Of a stretch of 64,000 bases of DNA, positions 63,470-64,000 are shown one piece after another. Position 1 is the stretch's first letter. The number at the start of each line of letters is the position of its first letter. Source of the stretch: Antedon mediterranea (lineage: Eukaryota > Animalia > Echinodermata); NCBI RefSeq assembly GCF_964355755.1, contig NC_092677.1, positions 2,254,101 through 2,318,100 of the forward strand. The letters are read 5' to 3'. A program made the position numbers and the translations under genes. The notes beneath the pieces are model-generated. The model saw only the letters and a list, made by a program, of their open reading frames with translations. It was not told where the DNA came from and did not search any database.

Positions 63470-64000
63470 GACGATGATTACTGATTATGATGAAAGTTAT
63501 ATGGAGATAATGATGATGAGAATGATGATGATGATGATATGAGGATTATGATGATGATGATGATGATGATATGAGGATGATGATGATGGTGATGATGATG
63601 ATGATATGAGAATGATGATGATGGTGATGATGATGATGATGATGATATGAGGATGATGATGATGATGATGATGATGATATGAGGATGATAATGATGGTAA
63701 TGATGATGATAATGATAATGAAGATAATTATGATAATGATGAAGATAACGATGAGGATGATGATAATGAAGATGAGGATGATGATGATAATAATGAAGAT
63801 AATGATGATGATGATGATATGGGGATGATAATGATAAAGATGAATGAAATGATGGTTGTGATGATGATGATGGTTATAATGATGATGATGATGATGAAGA
63901 TGATAAAGATGAATGAAATGATGATGAATTGATGGTTATAATGATGATGATGATGATAAAGATGAATGAAATGATGATGAATTGATGGTTATGATGATAA
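63470..64000 (+). repeat. Degenerate (GAT)n microsatellite running off the window end
   Basis: gatgatgat tracts with gag/aat interruptions. Confidence 0.95.

Overview
AT-rich, intron-containing animal (invertebrate-like) genomic DNA; it is not prokaryotic. The main gene is a minus-strand ERG-subfamily (KCNH2/6/7-like) voltage-gated K+ channel. Nine phase-compatible GT-AG exons (39732 down to 27141) give about 931 aa from the ATG at 39722. No eag/PAS exon is visible, and the channel naturally carries the equivalents of the hERG inactivation-removing substitutions N588K and S620T. The last three exons of an unidentified convergent plus-strand gene lie at 12477-13336. Bases 1-10565 are a nest of inverted-repeat elements: outer IR element > PIF/Harbinger derivative with TAA TSD > second TIR element > two inverted arrays of a hairpin-containing 101-bp satellite > small foldback. 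Bases 16.0-22.6 kb are a hairpin satellite (89/196-bp units, ~748-bp higher-order repeat) bracketed by ~300-bp direct repeats. The rest holds L2-type LINE fragments, MULE-, Kolobok-, Tc2- and Harbinger-type non-autonomous elements, and many mini/microsatellites. All alignments were done by eye, and hERG numbering is from memory of the human sequence.
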